A stretch of DNA of 43,065 nt from Catajapyx aquilonaris (GCA_000934665.2 KZ539025.1:1-43065), one strand, 5' to 3'. Shown: positions 1 through 12,790, numbered from the stretch's first letter. Numbers and translations are program-made. Notes: generated from the sequence alone by a model not told the origin.

Positions 1-3000
1 ATCGCTACCTGTAAACAGTGGCAACGCACGTGGCAACGACAGAAAGAACGCTAAGCACTCTCCACATGCCGATGTCCGAACACGCCCAGTTGCCAGGCAA
101 TGCCAAAGTCGTTGTTTACACTTGTTATATGCTATTGTGTCCAGCACTGTACTAAGCTTTGAATGTAAAGCCAACGGTATATTTACAGAGAAAAAATGAA
201 CGTCAGAATATATTTGCATAGGATGTGTGCTGGATCGTGCAAGATCAAGTCTAATGTAAACTGAGCCAAGTTGCCGAAGTTTACATAGGATTTTCACCGA
301 CGCCATCCAAATCGGAAAAAAATAGGTTGTTGGCAGCAAGATGCCCTAGGGCTTGTTCCATGATCCGAGATTTGAAAATGCAATTCTGTGCTAGCTTGCA
401 GAATTATCTTGAAAAAACTATTTGGAAGATTTACAAAATTCACTAACACTCCCAGCTTACGTATTTGTATATCGAGTGCTACCATTTAAATGTTGCATTT
501 GACATCTCAGATCTTACTGACAAGTCAACCTGAATGATAGATTTCTGCCCGATATAGCTATTATACACTTACGGTAACCTATGCATAATTATAGCAAACT
601 GTGCCCTACTTACTGCGGACATACCATAGGTGGCCAAAGGCATTGACATCACACTGGATCGGTATAGATAAATCATACATCAGAAAATAAACATTTTAAT
701 CGGATGCATCAAAATCCCTGTTAAAACTAGGCCACTTCTAGAACTGGAATTAAGCTGATCCTTACCATCATGTCGAAATACACTACCCAACAGATTAAAC
801 CCTTTTACTGTCAATAAATATTGCTGGCAAAGTATTTACCGCAGGATTCTAATGTTCCTGAACAGCTGTCACTCCTCATCTTCCTGCCTCCGGCACGGTA
901 TAGCCTCTTCCACCACTTTTATCTCCGGAAGAAGACCGAAGATCTACCTCGATCCACACAACACAGCGAGGGTTAGGATGGCAATAATTTTATGACCGGT
1001 TGTAGGCCTGCTGGCAGGCAGAGGTTTGTGGGCGTTGCATTACCTACATAGCACCGGTTGCCATGAATTCCTCCCATGTCAATATTTCTAGAGCAGCAAT
1101 GACGCAGATCTGTTTGTGGCTCATTCTATGGATTTCCGGTAGCTTCACTTTGGAGCTATTCTAATTATGCTGAAGTAGGTTCAATCGAATAGGTAGAATG
1201 CAAATGTATGGTGTACACTTCTATTTAAATGTAAACCCGGCAGTAACTTTGATCTAGTGAAAGTATAGCCATACTATGCTGTCATTCCTTTTCGGTTTTC
1301 CTTCACCGGTTACAAATTCGAATGGGTGCGGTTCTCTAATTGCGCCACATCACTCCCACTTGATGGCTGTGCCAGAAAAAAATTTATTGCTACTTGTACC
1401 ACTTGAATAATATTGAATAATGAGTACCGATCTGCAAAAACGGCATGAGAAATCAAATTCATCGTAAATATAAACCAGGTAAAAAATGGAAGCTAATAAC
1501 CTTACATCAGTCATTTTCCTTCAAAAAATTAATTAATCAATATTAAGCTAATTCGTTTGCTGTCGCAACAGCAAAAGGTCCATTTAACGGCGGTATACAT
1601 CGCAACAAAAATCTGCACATCTCCACAAACGCCGATTGCAAGTTCAAATCTCTCCCCTATATAAAATACTTTGAAAAGAAGTGAGTTTTTAAATCAAAAT
1701 ATGCAAAAAGTTCTCATTTTACCAGCTCAGTTTCACACCTTATTTTGACAATTACTCATTTTTTAAAAAACTCCTGCTAATTAATCCGACCTTGCCATTT
1801 ACACACCGAAATCAATCAATGCGGAATCGTGTAGATTCGCAGTAACGTGCTATCATATCACGACAGTCAAATGGTCAATATCAAAGACACGCCATAGTAA
1901 CCTTACCTTTAACAACAGAATGCTCGAATGGGTATGCAAAACTCAATGGACGTATGGACCAGCAGGTCAGTCAGCCCTACCTGCCAAGCAGTCGACACTT
2001 CACCTACTGTGGACATCAATCAGTACTGTCCGCCCTGCACACACACACACAAGTACTACATCCGAAGGCAGGAAGGATGGATAGATGACCCTGGGCCCCA
2101 TTGGACCACCTTCTACCACGTGACCGCTCCTTTTTCTTCGGACCAGGAGGCGCGAGAGGAGGGTAGGTTAGACTATTACAGAGATAATAATTGACTGACC
2201 CATTCTTATAGATCATTCATTTACAACGACCGTATTTTCGTGTGGTCCACCCTCATGTATGCTATATGGGGGGAACGGGCTGGTATGTGGCACGTGCCCA
2301 GATGGGAGCTGATAATACACACAGCACAGTTTCTTGTCCTACAATTAGGCTGCGGGCTCTTATTATAGTGGGCTTCTCCCACAGCTTTCTTTTTACGAAT
2401 CGCAGTAATGCACTACCAGCAGGTGATATAAACTGGTCAAATACGTACCGAAATAATTCCCGAATAGTCAGAGCTGGATATATGAACTCATCTGCCGCAC
2501 AGTCACTGTTCACATCCAAATAGCAATAATACCATAGTCATTTGTGTGTTATAGGAAAACTAGGTCGTCTTTTCACGACTGTGCATGGAAACAGCAGGTT
2601 ATATGGAAGGATGAAGCAATAGGTCATATGCTGCCAAATGTGCACATTTCCTTTATGAGTAAAACTAAATAACGCAAATATTCCTGTCAACTTCGGAGTT
2701 ATCGACACCGCATACGCAAGGTCAGTACAACACTTGGTGACGTCACGTCCGGGCGGCAGATTGAATGTTACGCTATACACCAAAAAACCGCTGAAGAAGT
2801 TAGATCATTAGTTCTTAAATTCAAGGCAAGCATCAAACTATTTAAAGTGTTTCCAATTCATATCACTAAGCCTGGTCATATTGTTGCAATATCTCAAGGC
2901 ATTTACTCTCGAGCAATGATCCTATTCTTCATACGTATATTTCGGGATTTACTGAATAATACTGGTAATACAAGACACTATGACTGTCAAGTTATCAACA

Positions 3001-3488
3001 AAGGCGACGTTAGTTACGGTTGTTTTGACCACATAATCATAACTTATACTTCCCTAGCGCTTCCTAATATCAACAGCGTACACATATCGTACACATATCT
3101 GTTACGGGGAGAGATCATTTTACAATTTACTTTAATGAATCCAATCAACGGCGGACCACCCACGTATACTAACAAGACCTGATCCATCCCATTTTTATAC
3201 CATAATGGTGTTTACATCATACAAATGTTGCCGATATCAGCAAATCGCTACAACTTGACGATGTAAACAGGTCGTAATTGAGTCCAGTAGGAAACCATAC
3301 CGGCATCCTAGCCAAGATACATAAACAAACCTGTTTCTCCTGAGACGCCAAAATCTCGTCGTCTTGACCCCGAGAGTTGTACGTACATCAGTACAGTATT
3401 TACAAACACTCGACTGTGTAATAAATATCAAGCTAGCCACAAGTATATCACGGACAACTGTGTGTGTAGAGTGTAGAAAATATTGGCT

Positions 3489-3521
<33 letters not shown>

Positions 3522-3604
3522 TTACGAGGCACGACTCACGAGCTTTGTCCTATACCGGTTCAGAACTACAGAACCGTATATATCAATATAGCAAAGGTGT
3601 AATA

Positions 3605-4027
3605 AATGGTGATTCCGTTAACTTTGGCACATATCACAGGGTGGGTCGAGGCTCCATAGGCAAGTATTTTGAGTTTCGGTACCCATGTCCGGAAATGTCC
3701 TCGTACGGGGGTACGGCCGTTACCACCTTTGGTCTGTTGCGCCTGGTGGGTAGGCAACCCACAGTACTCGAAACTTGCGTTCATCAGGAGTGTCGCTTGT
3801 GGAGGATATGAAGGTGAAAACAATTGCGAGTGTCAAGTGCAAAACCTGATGAACGCAACCTTCGAGTACGATGGGTTGCCACCTACCAGGCGCAACATAC
3901 TAAAGGTGGAAACGGCCGTACCCCCGTATGGGAGCATTTACGGGGATGAGTATCGAAGCTCAAAATACTTGCCTCTGGGGCCTCTACCCACCCTGTGATT
4001 TTTGCCAAACTTACCGGAATCACCCTG
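3605..4027. mobile_element. Tc1/mariner-type MITE (imperfect foldback, arms about 190 bp)
   Basis: 3608-3799 is the reverse complement of about 3833-4024; the right end is GGAATCACCCTG. Confidence 0.8.
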
Positions 4028-5329
4028 TGTGTGCGAACTTCAAACCACTGCACTGCATCGGCATGCCTATACCCACCAGGTTATTCCTTACAAGCATATA
4101 ACACAGTGTGTGTAAGCTACACTCCAAAAGCAACCATTCAACCTCCGTACCACGATGCGTTGAATCACACCCACGTACGTATAGAGCACACTGACTACTA
4201 CACTACAACTGATTGTCACCTACCAGCAGTTTGAACCTAGTTTTCCTTGAATTATATTACCAGCAATAAATGGCATTGTCTAAGATACTATACCTTCGAC
4301 AATGCCCCAATAAAAGATTTAGCAATGTCAGATCTTGACTTTTTCAACCAAATGCATTTCGGTCACTTACCAGAGGCTCAACGATGATTCCGGATAATTC
4401 TGCCTTATCCAGCAGCAAACGTTACCTTGGATTCTGGTGTCAGTCAAGGTCTTCCACAAGACAATTATCTGCCTTGAGACACCGCAAAAAAGACTGCAGC
4501 CGATAGACGTCCTATTCGAAAAATGACAGACTCTGCACGAAACGCCGAAGGCTACTCAACTCAACCGTCTGCACATGCCGCGTATGGGCGGGCTTACAGT
4601 GAAAGGGTGTGAAATAAAAGATTCTTGCTTGTATTTGGCTCACAAGCGCGTGCGATTTGATTCAGGCAGTCAGTAGCTGATGGACTGGATGGCAATTCGA
4701 TGGCCTACATTCGTTATGATGATCCTGTCATGGGAGTGCATGTTGGGGGGTCAAGCTGGGAATTCCGGTACCGGTAACCCTGAGTGTGTGGCGGGGACTA
4801 ATTGCGTGGGAAAGTCGCACTCCATAAACCAGTCGGCAATGGGCACTGTACCTCGTCTTCTAATGTATGGTACTACCACAGGCTACTCGGAAAGGTCAAT
4901 CGGAAATTGGACACCGGATATTACCTTTCATCAAGAACCTTGCATAAAATATTTTAAATTTTTCAGGCGTGGTATTTTGGCAATATTTATTAGGCAGATA
5001 CTACTGTATACGTCAAAAAAAGGGGGGTTCGGACAAAACATTTGCAGGTCACTCGGAGTAGGATCTGGACCAACCCCCGGACAAACCCCTATAATCATCG
5101 CCTGCATGAGGTGTTTTGCATGAGGTGCTCACTTGAGACCGCCATGAGACCGCCTTTCACTGCTACATTATGTGGCGACCCTACCGGACTACGATGAACT
5201 AAGGTAGAAGAGAAGCGATTCGAGTCGATGTCATCGATAATTAGATCCAGAACCATGGATCCAGAACATGCCTTATTCTGGATCCTGGTCGGACCAGACC
5301 TTAGTATTCTAAGGCCAGGATCTGGATAC

Positions 5330-5488
5330 TATGTGGAATGGCGCTGACGGATAGAAAGGTCCTGGGTTCGATTCCAAGTCCGGACTTCAATTTCACATCT
5401 CGTGTGAAGTGTCGTCGTTGGTAGCTTCGTATTGGATGGGATATCCGGTAGACTAACCACACAGGGGAATGCACAAAGCGGCATTACA
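5330..5488 (+). mobile_element. Degenerate tRNA-derived SINE
   Basis: B-box GGTTCGATTCC preceded by AGGTCCTG; body weakly similar to 7325-7440. Confidence 0.5.
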
Positions 5489-6176
5489 TGCTCAACTGCA
5501 TCTGCGATTCTCCCGTCCCTGTAACTCTCCCTCGCAGTACCAGGGAATTACAAAAAAATGACCGCAGCGTGCATATTGAAGCAAATAAAGGTATCATTCC
5601 AGATGCCCATTATGGATGGTGGCCTATTATCATCTGGATACTCCAGCCAAAGGTGCACCACTTGAACTGTAGAAAATTTTGCGTAGACATGTCCATGTGA
5701 GGAGTGCAACATAACCAATTCAAACCAAATATCTCTTTTTCAGCCAGTGCGTGTCTCCATTATTATACAAGTATGCTAGACCTACAAAAATTCATACACA
5801 TGCACTTCATGGACAGTTTATTGCACCATGCATACAGAGTTACAGACACAACCTTCAAATGCTTCAAACACAAATGCAATATTGGGAATGAAATACCCAA
5901 TAGTTTAGGCTACTCAATCTGTTCTACCATGACCGTGGTTCTACCCTTGCAGTGGAGGTATCGCCCCTTCTTCCTGCCCGCCAATCACGAATAAAAATCA
6001 CGTGCAATCACATCTTGAATCACATGCATGATGGTTGGTGAGAGGTAAGGGCTGGTACTTCCATAGCAAGGTTAGAAATGATGGGGTATAATAATAATAA
6101 TAATAATGGGTGTCCTGTGCAAGGCTTGTGCCCAATTTGAATATTTTAGTTTAATATGTACTGTTATAATATTATA

Positions 6177-7083
6177 CAGGGTGATCCGTTTGGGTAGGGA
6201 TAAATTGAAATCAGTATCATAATCAATGCATAAGTTGTGCAGTACCAAGTTCAGATTTTGTCAGTATGACGAGGTAAGATGGGAGATTCATGCACTGTAC
6301 TCAGTGAGCCTGCATCGTCACTGCATCGTGACCAAAGTGGATGCAGATAGATAATAATAGGTGGTGCAACCAGCTGTATGGACCTTTTTTTCTCTGAGGA
6401 CACAATACAAGCAGGACCATACCTTGACATGCTACAAATCTTCTTGGTACCACAACTGGACGACAATGTCATTTTCCAGCAAGATGGGGCCCCACCCCAC
6501 TGATTACTGGAAGTCAGGAAGTTCAACAACACTTTCAATGATAATTGGTGGGCCGTGGTGGCCCTATTCCTTGGCCTGCAAATTCCCGGATCTCACTCCA
6601 CCCAATGTTTTCGTGTGGGGGTTTGTGAAGATATCGTCTACGGACAACGGCATTGAAGCCTGGATGACCTGAAGGTGAATATTTCTGCAGTGTTCGCACA
6701 AATCACTTCCGAAATGTTACAAAACACTTATCAGGAATTGAGCACTCAGTATCAACTCTGTCAAGTCCCCAACGGGGCTCATGTGGAAGCCTAGACAAAC
6801 TCCCATTCATAAAGATAATCTCTGCCTAATTTGGATCTATTACAGCGGTTCTTAACCTTTTCGTGCCTCCGCACCCCTTTGAAGACAGTTGGTCCTTGTC
6901 GCACCCCTTATACCAGGGGTGATTAAGTTCATAGTTAGACTAAGTCCAGAGGTGCACCTTTCTCGCACCCCCATGGGAGCCACCTGGCACCCCAGGTTAA
7001 GAACAGCAGATCTATTTATATCTGTTACAATACATAGTACCACAGCGTTTTTAAAATTATCCCTACCCAAACGGATCACCCTG
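6177..7083 (+). mobile_element. Internally deleted Tc1/mariner element with transposase remnant (DD41D/rosa-like)
   Basis: 27-bp TIR CAGGGTGATCCGTTTGGGTAGGGATAA flanked by TA. Broken frames encode YLDML..FQQDGAPPH..GRGGPIPWPA..PDLTP..VWGFVK..ITSEMLQN..GAHVE (about 6375-6794). Confidence 0.88.
6843..7009. mobile_element. hAT (Charlie-like) MITE nested in the mariner element
   Basis: TIR CAGCGGTTCTTAACCT / AGGTTAAGAACAGCAG; 8-bp TSD ATCTATTA / ATCTATTT. Confidence 0.85.
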
Positions 7084-7440
7084 TATAATTATGTATTACA
7101 AATCTCATTTGCTATTGATTTAGAAAGTGGGAAGAAATTGAAGGTTGCTGAAAAAATCTATGCACTCAAGGAGAGAACCCATCAAAATTCTTCCCACATG
7201 AGATATTCCATCTCTTGACCCAAGGATGGAACCCAGGACCTCAGAGGTGATGCCTGTGGTCTAAATTGCTATGCCACCATGCCAGGGGGAAGCAGAGTGA
7301 TCCTAAGGAAATGTACAAGCTTATGGATGGAAGGGTCCCAGGTTATATCCCAAGCTTTGGATTTCTCCCCTCTTCATCATATGCAGAGTTGAGTCCTTGA
7401 GACTAACACCTCGGAGAGTTCACAAAATGACCATAGCAAT

Positions 7441-7468
7441 TTTATTATTGTTGTTGTCATTGTTGTTG

Positions 7469-7523
<55 letters not shown>
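7441..7523. repeat. (TTG/TTA)n microsatellite, probably the tail of a SINE at about 7320-7440
   Basis: Tandem trinucleotide repeat seen directly. Confidence 0.85.
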
Positions 7524-7524
<1 letters not shown>

Positions 7525-7853
7525 CCACCATACAGGCTTGAACTGCCTCAACTAAAAACACTGGAGGACAAAACAATTAGCATATACATCTTCAGTCTCC
7601 ACCCCTTCTCCCTTGCTTAAAATAAAGTCATGCACATCCTCAGTTTGTTAATGGGATAAGTAGAGTAGATAGTCATGAAAGTATATGCACAAAGGTCAGC
7701 TATGATGATGTATTATGTTGAATTGTTGATGGCCATTATCCATCTCCAAAGTTCATACTTTCAAGTCTCACGTGGGAGAAAGACTGTTCTCTATTTTCTA
7801 AACAACATGTAAGCCATTTTCTTACATCCTCTACAAATTACCAGCATGGTATA

Positions 7854-8054
7854 CAGAGTGTATGTGGATTAATCTGCCAAAATTATTCAGGTGGTAGGAG
7901 GTGCATATGGAAGAAGCATGGCATGGGTCCGAAAGGCCATCTACGATGTCTCCAAAACGAATTGCCGTCAGCCTTTCCGACCCACACCATGCCTCTTCCA
8001 TACACACCCCCTACCACCTGGATCATTTTGGTAGATGAATTCACATACATCCTG
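7854..8054. mobile_element. Tc1/mariner-type hairpin MITE
   Basis: TA-CAGAGTGTATGTGGATT... versus ...AATTCACATACATCCTG, imperfect inverted arms of about 80 bp. Confidence 0.75.
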
Positions 8055-8570
8055 CATACTAACCAATGCCTTATGCCAAAGTGTTATCAAAATCATTGCA
8101 TTGGTACATTATAATATCTCCCTAAAATAGCTGTGTAGGTCATGGATGATCTATGTTAAGAATCGTAACTGTCACCATTGAACTCTCCATGACTGATTGG
8201 ACTTTTTATGGCACAACATTAGAAGATTAGTGGCTACACTGCACCAGAAACCAAGGCGTGCAAGCTACATTTAAAACTTGTGATAATTTTGATGTGTCAA
8301 AAATTAACATTGATGCAATAAAAGTGTACAAAAAAGTTACACAAGAATATAGTAATAAATAAAGCATCTGGTAAAGCAAAGTTGTGAGTATATATTTCAA
8401 AAAGTCAACACTAAAAACTCTACATACAATAAAGTTGTTGGGTCAGAAATGGACAAGACTTGTGCAGGGGTTCAAGTACCATGGTATCTTGCCCACAGTC
8501 TACAGGTCTGCATGTAAAGATCATGCAATGCAGGGGGGAAGATCATAGGGACCACAGGTCCAGGACTGAA

Positions 8571-8714
8571 ATGATGGCCATGGGTCAGGCAGGTGTGTCC
8601 AACCCTGTGTCTTGCCAGAATGATCTCTCTCCAGTCCGGCCAGAAGGAGGAGCCCCACAAGAAGAGGAAAGGCTTCACCCGGTAGAGCTCGTTCTCCGTC
8701 TCTCCCTCCCAACG
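8571..8714 (-). mobile_element. Non-LTR retrotransposon ORF2 C-terminal fragment (I/Nimb-like, downstream of RNase H)
   Basis: RWEGETENELYRVKP..WGSS..REIILARHRVGHTCLTHGH resembles the recalled NKL..IKP..W.SS..REE.IL.RLR.GHT.LTH motif. Confidence 0.7.
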
Positions 8715-9429
8715 GACCAAACTCTCCATGCATGCAACCATGCTTTCATTCATTCTCATTACGGTTCCTAATACAAAAACATTCAACAACAAAGTCAGTA
8801 GCATTGCAGGTGCTGATGGTATAATAAAGGTGGGGCACTGGGTGCCTGGCCTACCTCTTGAGCCCAGTGTTGTCAGTGTTCTACGCCAGTCGTGAAGTGG
8901 CCTTAGCGCTACACACCAGTCCAACCTTCAGCCTGTCCGCGAGTATAAGCTGATCCTAACTCGGGTCAGTGTCGAGATACATCGTTTCGGGTTGATGCAC
9001 ATCCAGCAATAACACAATCTTCTTCCATTCCTGAGGGAACCCGGTCCCACCAACTCTGCAGTCCGCCTGCGTCACGACCCTCTCCCTCACCGGCAACAAC
9101 GCCGGCAATTCCAGGGGGTGGACTCAGTTCCGACATGACCGCACCATACACAAATAGCTGAAAATGTTGTTTGACAGGATGCTGACCTGCGCCATGTTGA
9201 CCATTATGCAGAAGAAGGCGGTGGGCCAAAGTGCCAGGTGGTGTCTGTAGTATGCGTCTAGATCACATTCTGGATGTTGTACAAAAATCTCTCTAGTCTG
9301 CTGCTGCTTTTATATGATAATAAAAATCGCAGTCAATTCATTGTTTTAAATAATATTAAAGTTAAGAACGTGCTAGATCCATAACGTCACTGGTTGGTGC
9401 AAGTTTTTCTTTACATGTTCCAAGTCAAA

Positions 9430-9530
9430 GTACATTTTGATTGGTGAAAGTTTCTGAAAGCTGCATTGTCATTGGTAGTATGATTGGAACGTGTGAATTT
9501 GGTATATTCACGTGACTTGACATGGCGACT
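9430..9530. promoter_or_regulatory. Probable THUMPD1 promoter, possibly bidirectional
   Basis: Three ATTGG (CCAAT) boxes, TCACGTGA at 9508-9515 and an adjacent CATGGCG (YY1/Pho-like) motif, upstream of the 5' UTR. Confidence 0.5.
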
Positions 9531-9785
9531 CGCATGGAATACACAGAACCGCACAGAACACAGAATATACCACGGAATATACTGCAAGACGAAGCTCACT
9601 AACATAATCATCTCATTTCCAGCAAAAGTAGCAGTGAGCGGTCAGCGGTGAAACACAAAAGGTTTTCTCCCTAATTGACGGTGTTACAACCACGTCCTTA
9701 CAAAGATCTGTAATGAGTTGAATGAATCATTCACAGTTTTTCTCTGTAGGTGCTGTTGTGTTGAGTGCAGTTGGGTTGTGCTGAG

Positions 9786-10016
9786 ATGGCTGATGTGAAT
9801 AGTGGTGCTGGGGGTCCAATGCGGAAGTCATCTAAGCGCAAGAAGAAGCAGTATTGGAGTCAGGGAGCAAAACATGCAAGGAGGGAAGAGGGGACTCTCC
9901 AGCCCGGCTTGAAGGGATTCTTGTGCACGTGTAACAAGGAAGAGAAGCGATGCTTGCGAGAAGCTTATGCTTTGCTGAATGAGTATGCTGATACATTGCA
10001 TGGTCCTGAAAATCAG
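9786..10016 (+). CDS. THUMPD1: THUMPD1 coding exon 1
   Basis: ATG at 9786, 77 codons, donor CAG|GTAGGA. An upstream acceptor (ttttctctgtag, about 9749) implies a non-coding 5' exon. Confidence 0.92.
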
Positions 10017-11476
10017 GTAGGAGAGAGGAGTGGAATGGTGACATGCTAATGGAAGTTGTCTGTGCTTTTAGCATTTACTAACGGTTTAACTTTTAGGCTT
10101 GCAGCGATGAAGTAGCTGCCCAGGATGTTATGGATGACTTAGATTGTGAGCTGGCCGATTTGCAAACGACACGGTCGCAGAATGCTGAACGCCGCTTCCA
10201 AGGTGTAACCAGCCGAGTGAATAACTGTGTTTTCATTAAAACCACTGTGAGTACCATTACTGAAGTTCTTTTCCAGTGCAAAGTCTGTCAGAGAATTATG
10301 TTTACACATGGAAATGGATTGTGTCAGTACCACATGTTGAGTTAAAACCTCATGTCCCGAAACCAAATCTTTTCCTTTAAACAGGAATTGAAATGCAAGC
10401 TGCTCACCCAGCGTGTCAAACATTTTGCCTACAAACAACTGACATTCAAAGTGTGCCTGTTTTTCTCGTTTTATCAGCTGGCTGGAGGTAGCTCCCAAGG
10501 CCCACCCAGCCCTGCCCCACAAACTATTTTCTACTATGTACTAGCCTCAATCATGCCTGGTTTGGAGCAGTGTGCTTAGCATTATGATATAATTCAGAAT
10601 GTATTGATTGACAGATCCAATACACATTGACAAACTGATAATCATGCGTGTTGATCAACCATATGGGACTGGTATCCTGAGTTTTCCAGAACGACCTGGT
10701 GCAACACATGAGATTCTCAGTGGCCCAAATAAATTCCATGCTAAATCAATTCCATGCTGATGCAATTGGCATTTAGGACTTTCAGTACATTCTTATGGAC
10801 TAGTGTAGTAAATACTTTTTGTTGTTGCAGCTGGAAGATCCAGTTCAACTGGCAGAAAAGATATTTACAGACCTGGAATGTAGTCGGCAACAGAAGTCTC
10901 GGCATCTCATAAGGATGATCCCAGTTGAGGTTACATGCAAAGTAAGCCGGACACTTTTGTGGCAGGTAACCCAGCTGACCCTTTGAACTCTTTCAGGCTG
11001 AAGAAGATGACATTAGAAAGGCAGCCAGCGAGCTCTTCGACAAGCACTTTAAGGGTGAGAGCAGGACATACACTATTCAATTCAAGTAAGTGGTACTGTT
11101 AATCAATCTTGTGTTGTCCAAGAGATCTTAACTGGCAATTTATTACAGAACACGCAACAACAACAGTCTAAGACGTAGCGTCATCATACCAGTTCTAGCT
11201 GATTTGGTGAAGAGTAAGAGCCTGTTGAATCGAGTGGACTTACGCAATGCTGAGTGTACGATCATGGTAGAAATCATACAAAAAGTGTGCTGCCTCAGTG
11301 TAATAAGATATTATTCCCGCTTTTACAAGTACAATCTTATTGAGGTAGCCACTGGAGGAAAAAACAGTCGGGATGCATCAGAGAAAGGCTGTAAAGCAGA
11401 GTTGAATAGTGGTGTTGAAGCAAAGAGCTGCCCTAGCACCGTTGAGGAAAGTAGTGCCACTCTTGAACCTGTGTAA
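9786..11476 (+). CDS. THUMPD1: THUMP domain-containing protein 1 (tRNA ac4C adaptor of NAT10; Tan1 homologue), 5 coding exons, 302 aa
   Basis: Exons 9786-10016, 10097-10246, 10831-10941, 10997-11085 and 11149-11476 have GT-AG boundaries and consistent phase (909 nt including TAA). Motifs: LQPGLKGFLCTCN..EKRCLREAYALLNEYAD; RRFQGVTSRVNNCVFIKT; KSRHLIRMIPVEVTCKA; FKTRNNNSL..RVDL..IMVEIIQKVCCLSV..Y..FYKYNL. Confidence 0.95.
10097..10246 (+). CDS. THUMPD1: THUMPD1 coding exon 2
   Basis: ttttag|GCT...ACT|gtgagt, 50 codons ACSDEVAAQDVMDD...VFIKTT. Confidence 0.9.
10831..10941 (+). CDS. THUMPD1: THUMPD1 coding exon 3
   Basis: ttgcag|CTG...AAA|gtaagc, LEDPVQLAEKIF...IPVEVTCK. Confidence 0.92.
10997..11085 (+). 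CDS. THUMPD1: THUMPD1 coding exon 4
   Basis: tttcag|GCT...AA|gtaagt, AEEDDIRKAASELFDKHFKGESRTYTIQF. Confidence 0.9.
11149..11476 (+). CDS. THUMPD1: THUMPD1 coding exon 5 (terminal)
   Basis: ttacag|A ACA CGC AAC..., THUMP C-terminal motifs, stop TAA overlapping an AATAAA. Confidence 0.92.
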
Positions 11477-11538
11477 TAAATGTTTCCCTTTTGTAATGAG
11501 AATTGCCTATTCCTCACATGACCTCACACTTAGCCTCA

Positions 11539-12018
11539 AAGCCGGTATCCATGTAAGAGTTTCTCTTGTAAGAGGAGCCAACTGCGCATGCCCGCGTAAG
11601 ACCCGCCCAGGGCTTGCGAGACGTCAGAGAAATTTCTAGCCATCCCAACGAGACTCTGGCAAGATGGCGCCCGTTGACACACAGCTGCAGTCTGCGCAGG
11701 GTATTCTGCAGATCATGCTTATTGTAGAACTGGTGGATAGGACTATTAGGAAGGGAGGGGAGAGACAGGGACAGACACATTCCTTGTGGTGCCGCGTGCC
11801 GGCTTGGGGTCTGCTGATATCTCGGACCCGATTGGCCCTCCGGAGTCACGTGGTGTGACGTCAATGCGAGGATCAGAGGAACAGTAGAAAATTTTCAACT
11901 TTGAGCCCCTTGCGAGGACGCCAGAGGGGGTGAGAGGCGATATAGATTCCGTCTCGACGTACAAGATGTCTCGCACAAGAGGACTCTATAAGAGAAACTC
12001 TTACATGGATACCGGCTT
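11539..12018. mobile_element. PIF/Harbinger-like MITE just 3' of THUMPD1
   Basis: About 29-bp perfect TIR AAGCCGGTATCCATGTAAGAGTTTCTCTT; 3-bp TSD TCA (11536-11538 and 12019-12021). Confidence 0.85.
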
Positions 12019-12784
12019 TCACACTGTTATTAGACTTTCAGTATTTGACACCACTTCAGTACAGGAAGTCCCGTTTACAAACGACCTGACTTACAGCGAT
12101 CCGTACTTACAAACAGGCCATTCCAATACTTTCCAGTGGTCATTAAAGTTACTCTTTTTTTTACATGGTAGCTTTTAATGCAATCATGGGCAAATTCTGC
12201 ATGTTTTCCCTCCAAAGATATGCCCATGGTGAAAAATTTCCTATTTCTTGAAAAGAAATCTGCTGGCTTGCACATGAACAATTTAGGATGTTTCTGTCCA
12301 GTGTTGGGAATTTTGACGGTCAGGAAAAGGCAGCTTTGTTAGGAAAAATTAATTTTTAATGCAAAGAGTCAAATTTTTGCAGACATCCTTTGGCTCGATG
12401 TATGTTCATTAAATTTATGACTGGACCTGTTTTTTAAAATTCCACATCTTACAATTAGCATGAACAAATCTAAGAAAATGAGACTGGCATGGTCAGTAAT
12501 GCCTGCTTTTCCAGGGTATTCTCAAAGAGCAGAAGTACAGTGTGCTCCAAGTATTGGGGTCTTTTAGCTATCACAAGTAATGCCTGAAATAAATATCGCT
12601 ATATCTGGTATTGGGAAGGGGTTTAAAAAAAGAACTGAAATAAGAGTAAAAACATTCCCTTCAGTGAAAAAAAGGGTAGTAAGACCTCCGTGGCGGAATG
12701 AAAGTACTGAAACAAGGCAGGCGCACGTAAGACCTGGTAAGATGTTTTTAGCACTGAAAAGCATTCACTGCATTTAAAGATTGA

Positions 12785-12790
12785 TTTATT
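12785..12790 (-). terminator. Candidate poly(A) signal of the V-ATPase gene (3' UTR about 2.4 kb)
   Basis: AATAAA on the - strand at the end of a long AT-rich non-coding tract downstream of the stop. Confidence 0.45.

Noticed and set aside
4598..5162. 147-aa ORF and a 10-bp inverted pair CAGTGAAAGG
   Set aside because: No domain is recognisable, the TIR is too short, and there is no convincing TSD.
8955..9305. Selenoprotein-like readthrough ORF (..SCRN-TGA-VHPLELP..)
   Set aside because: There is no recognisable selenoprotein motif and no SECIS that I can support.
10580..10645. C/D snoRNA in THUMPD1 intron 2
   Set aside because: The C box is only ATGATAT and I recognise no rRNA guide. It would need snoscan or Rfam.
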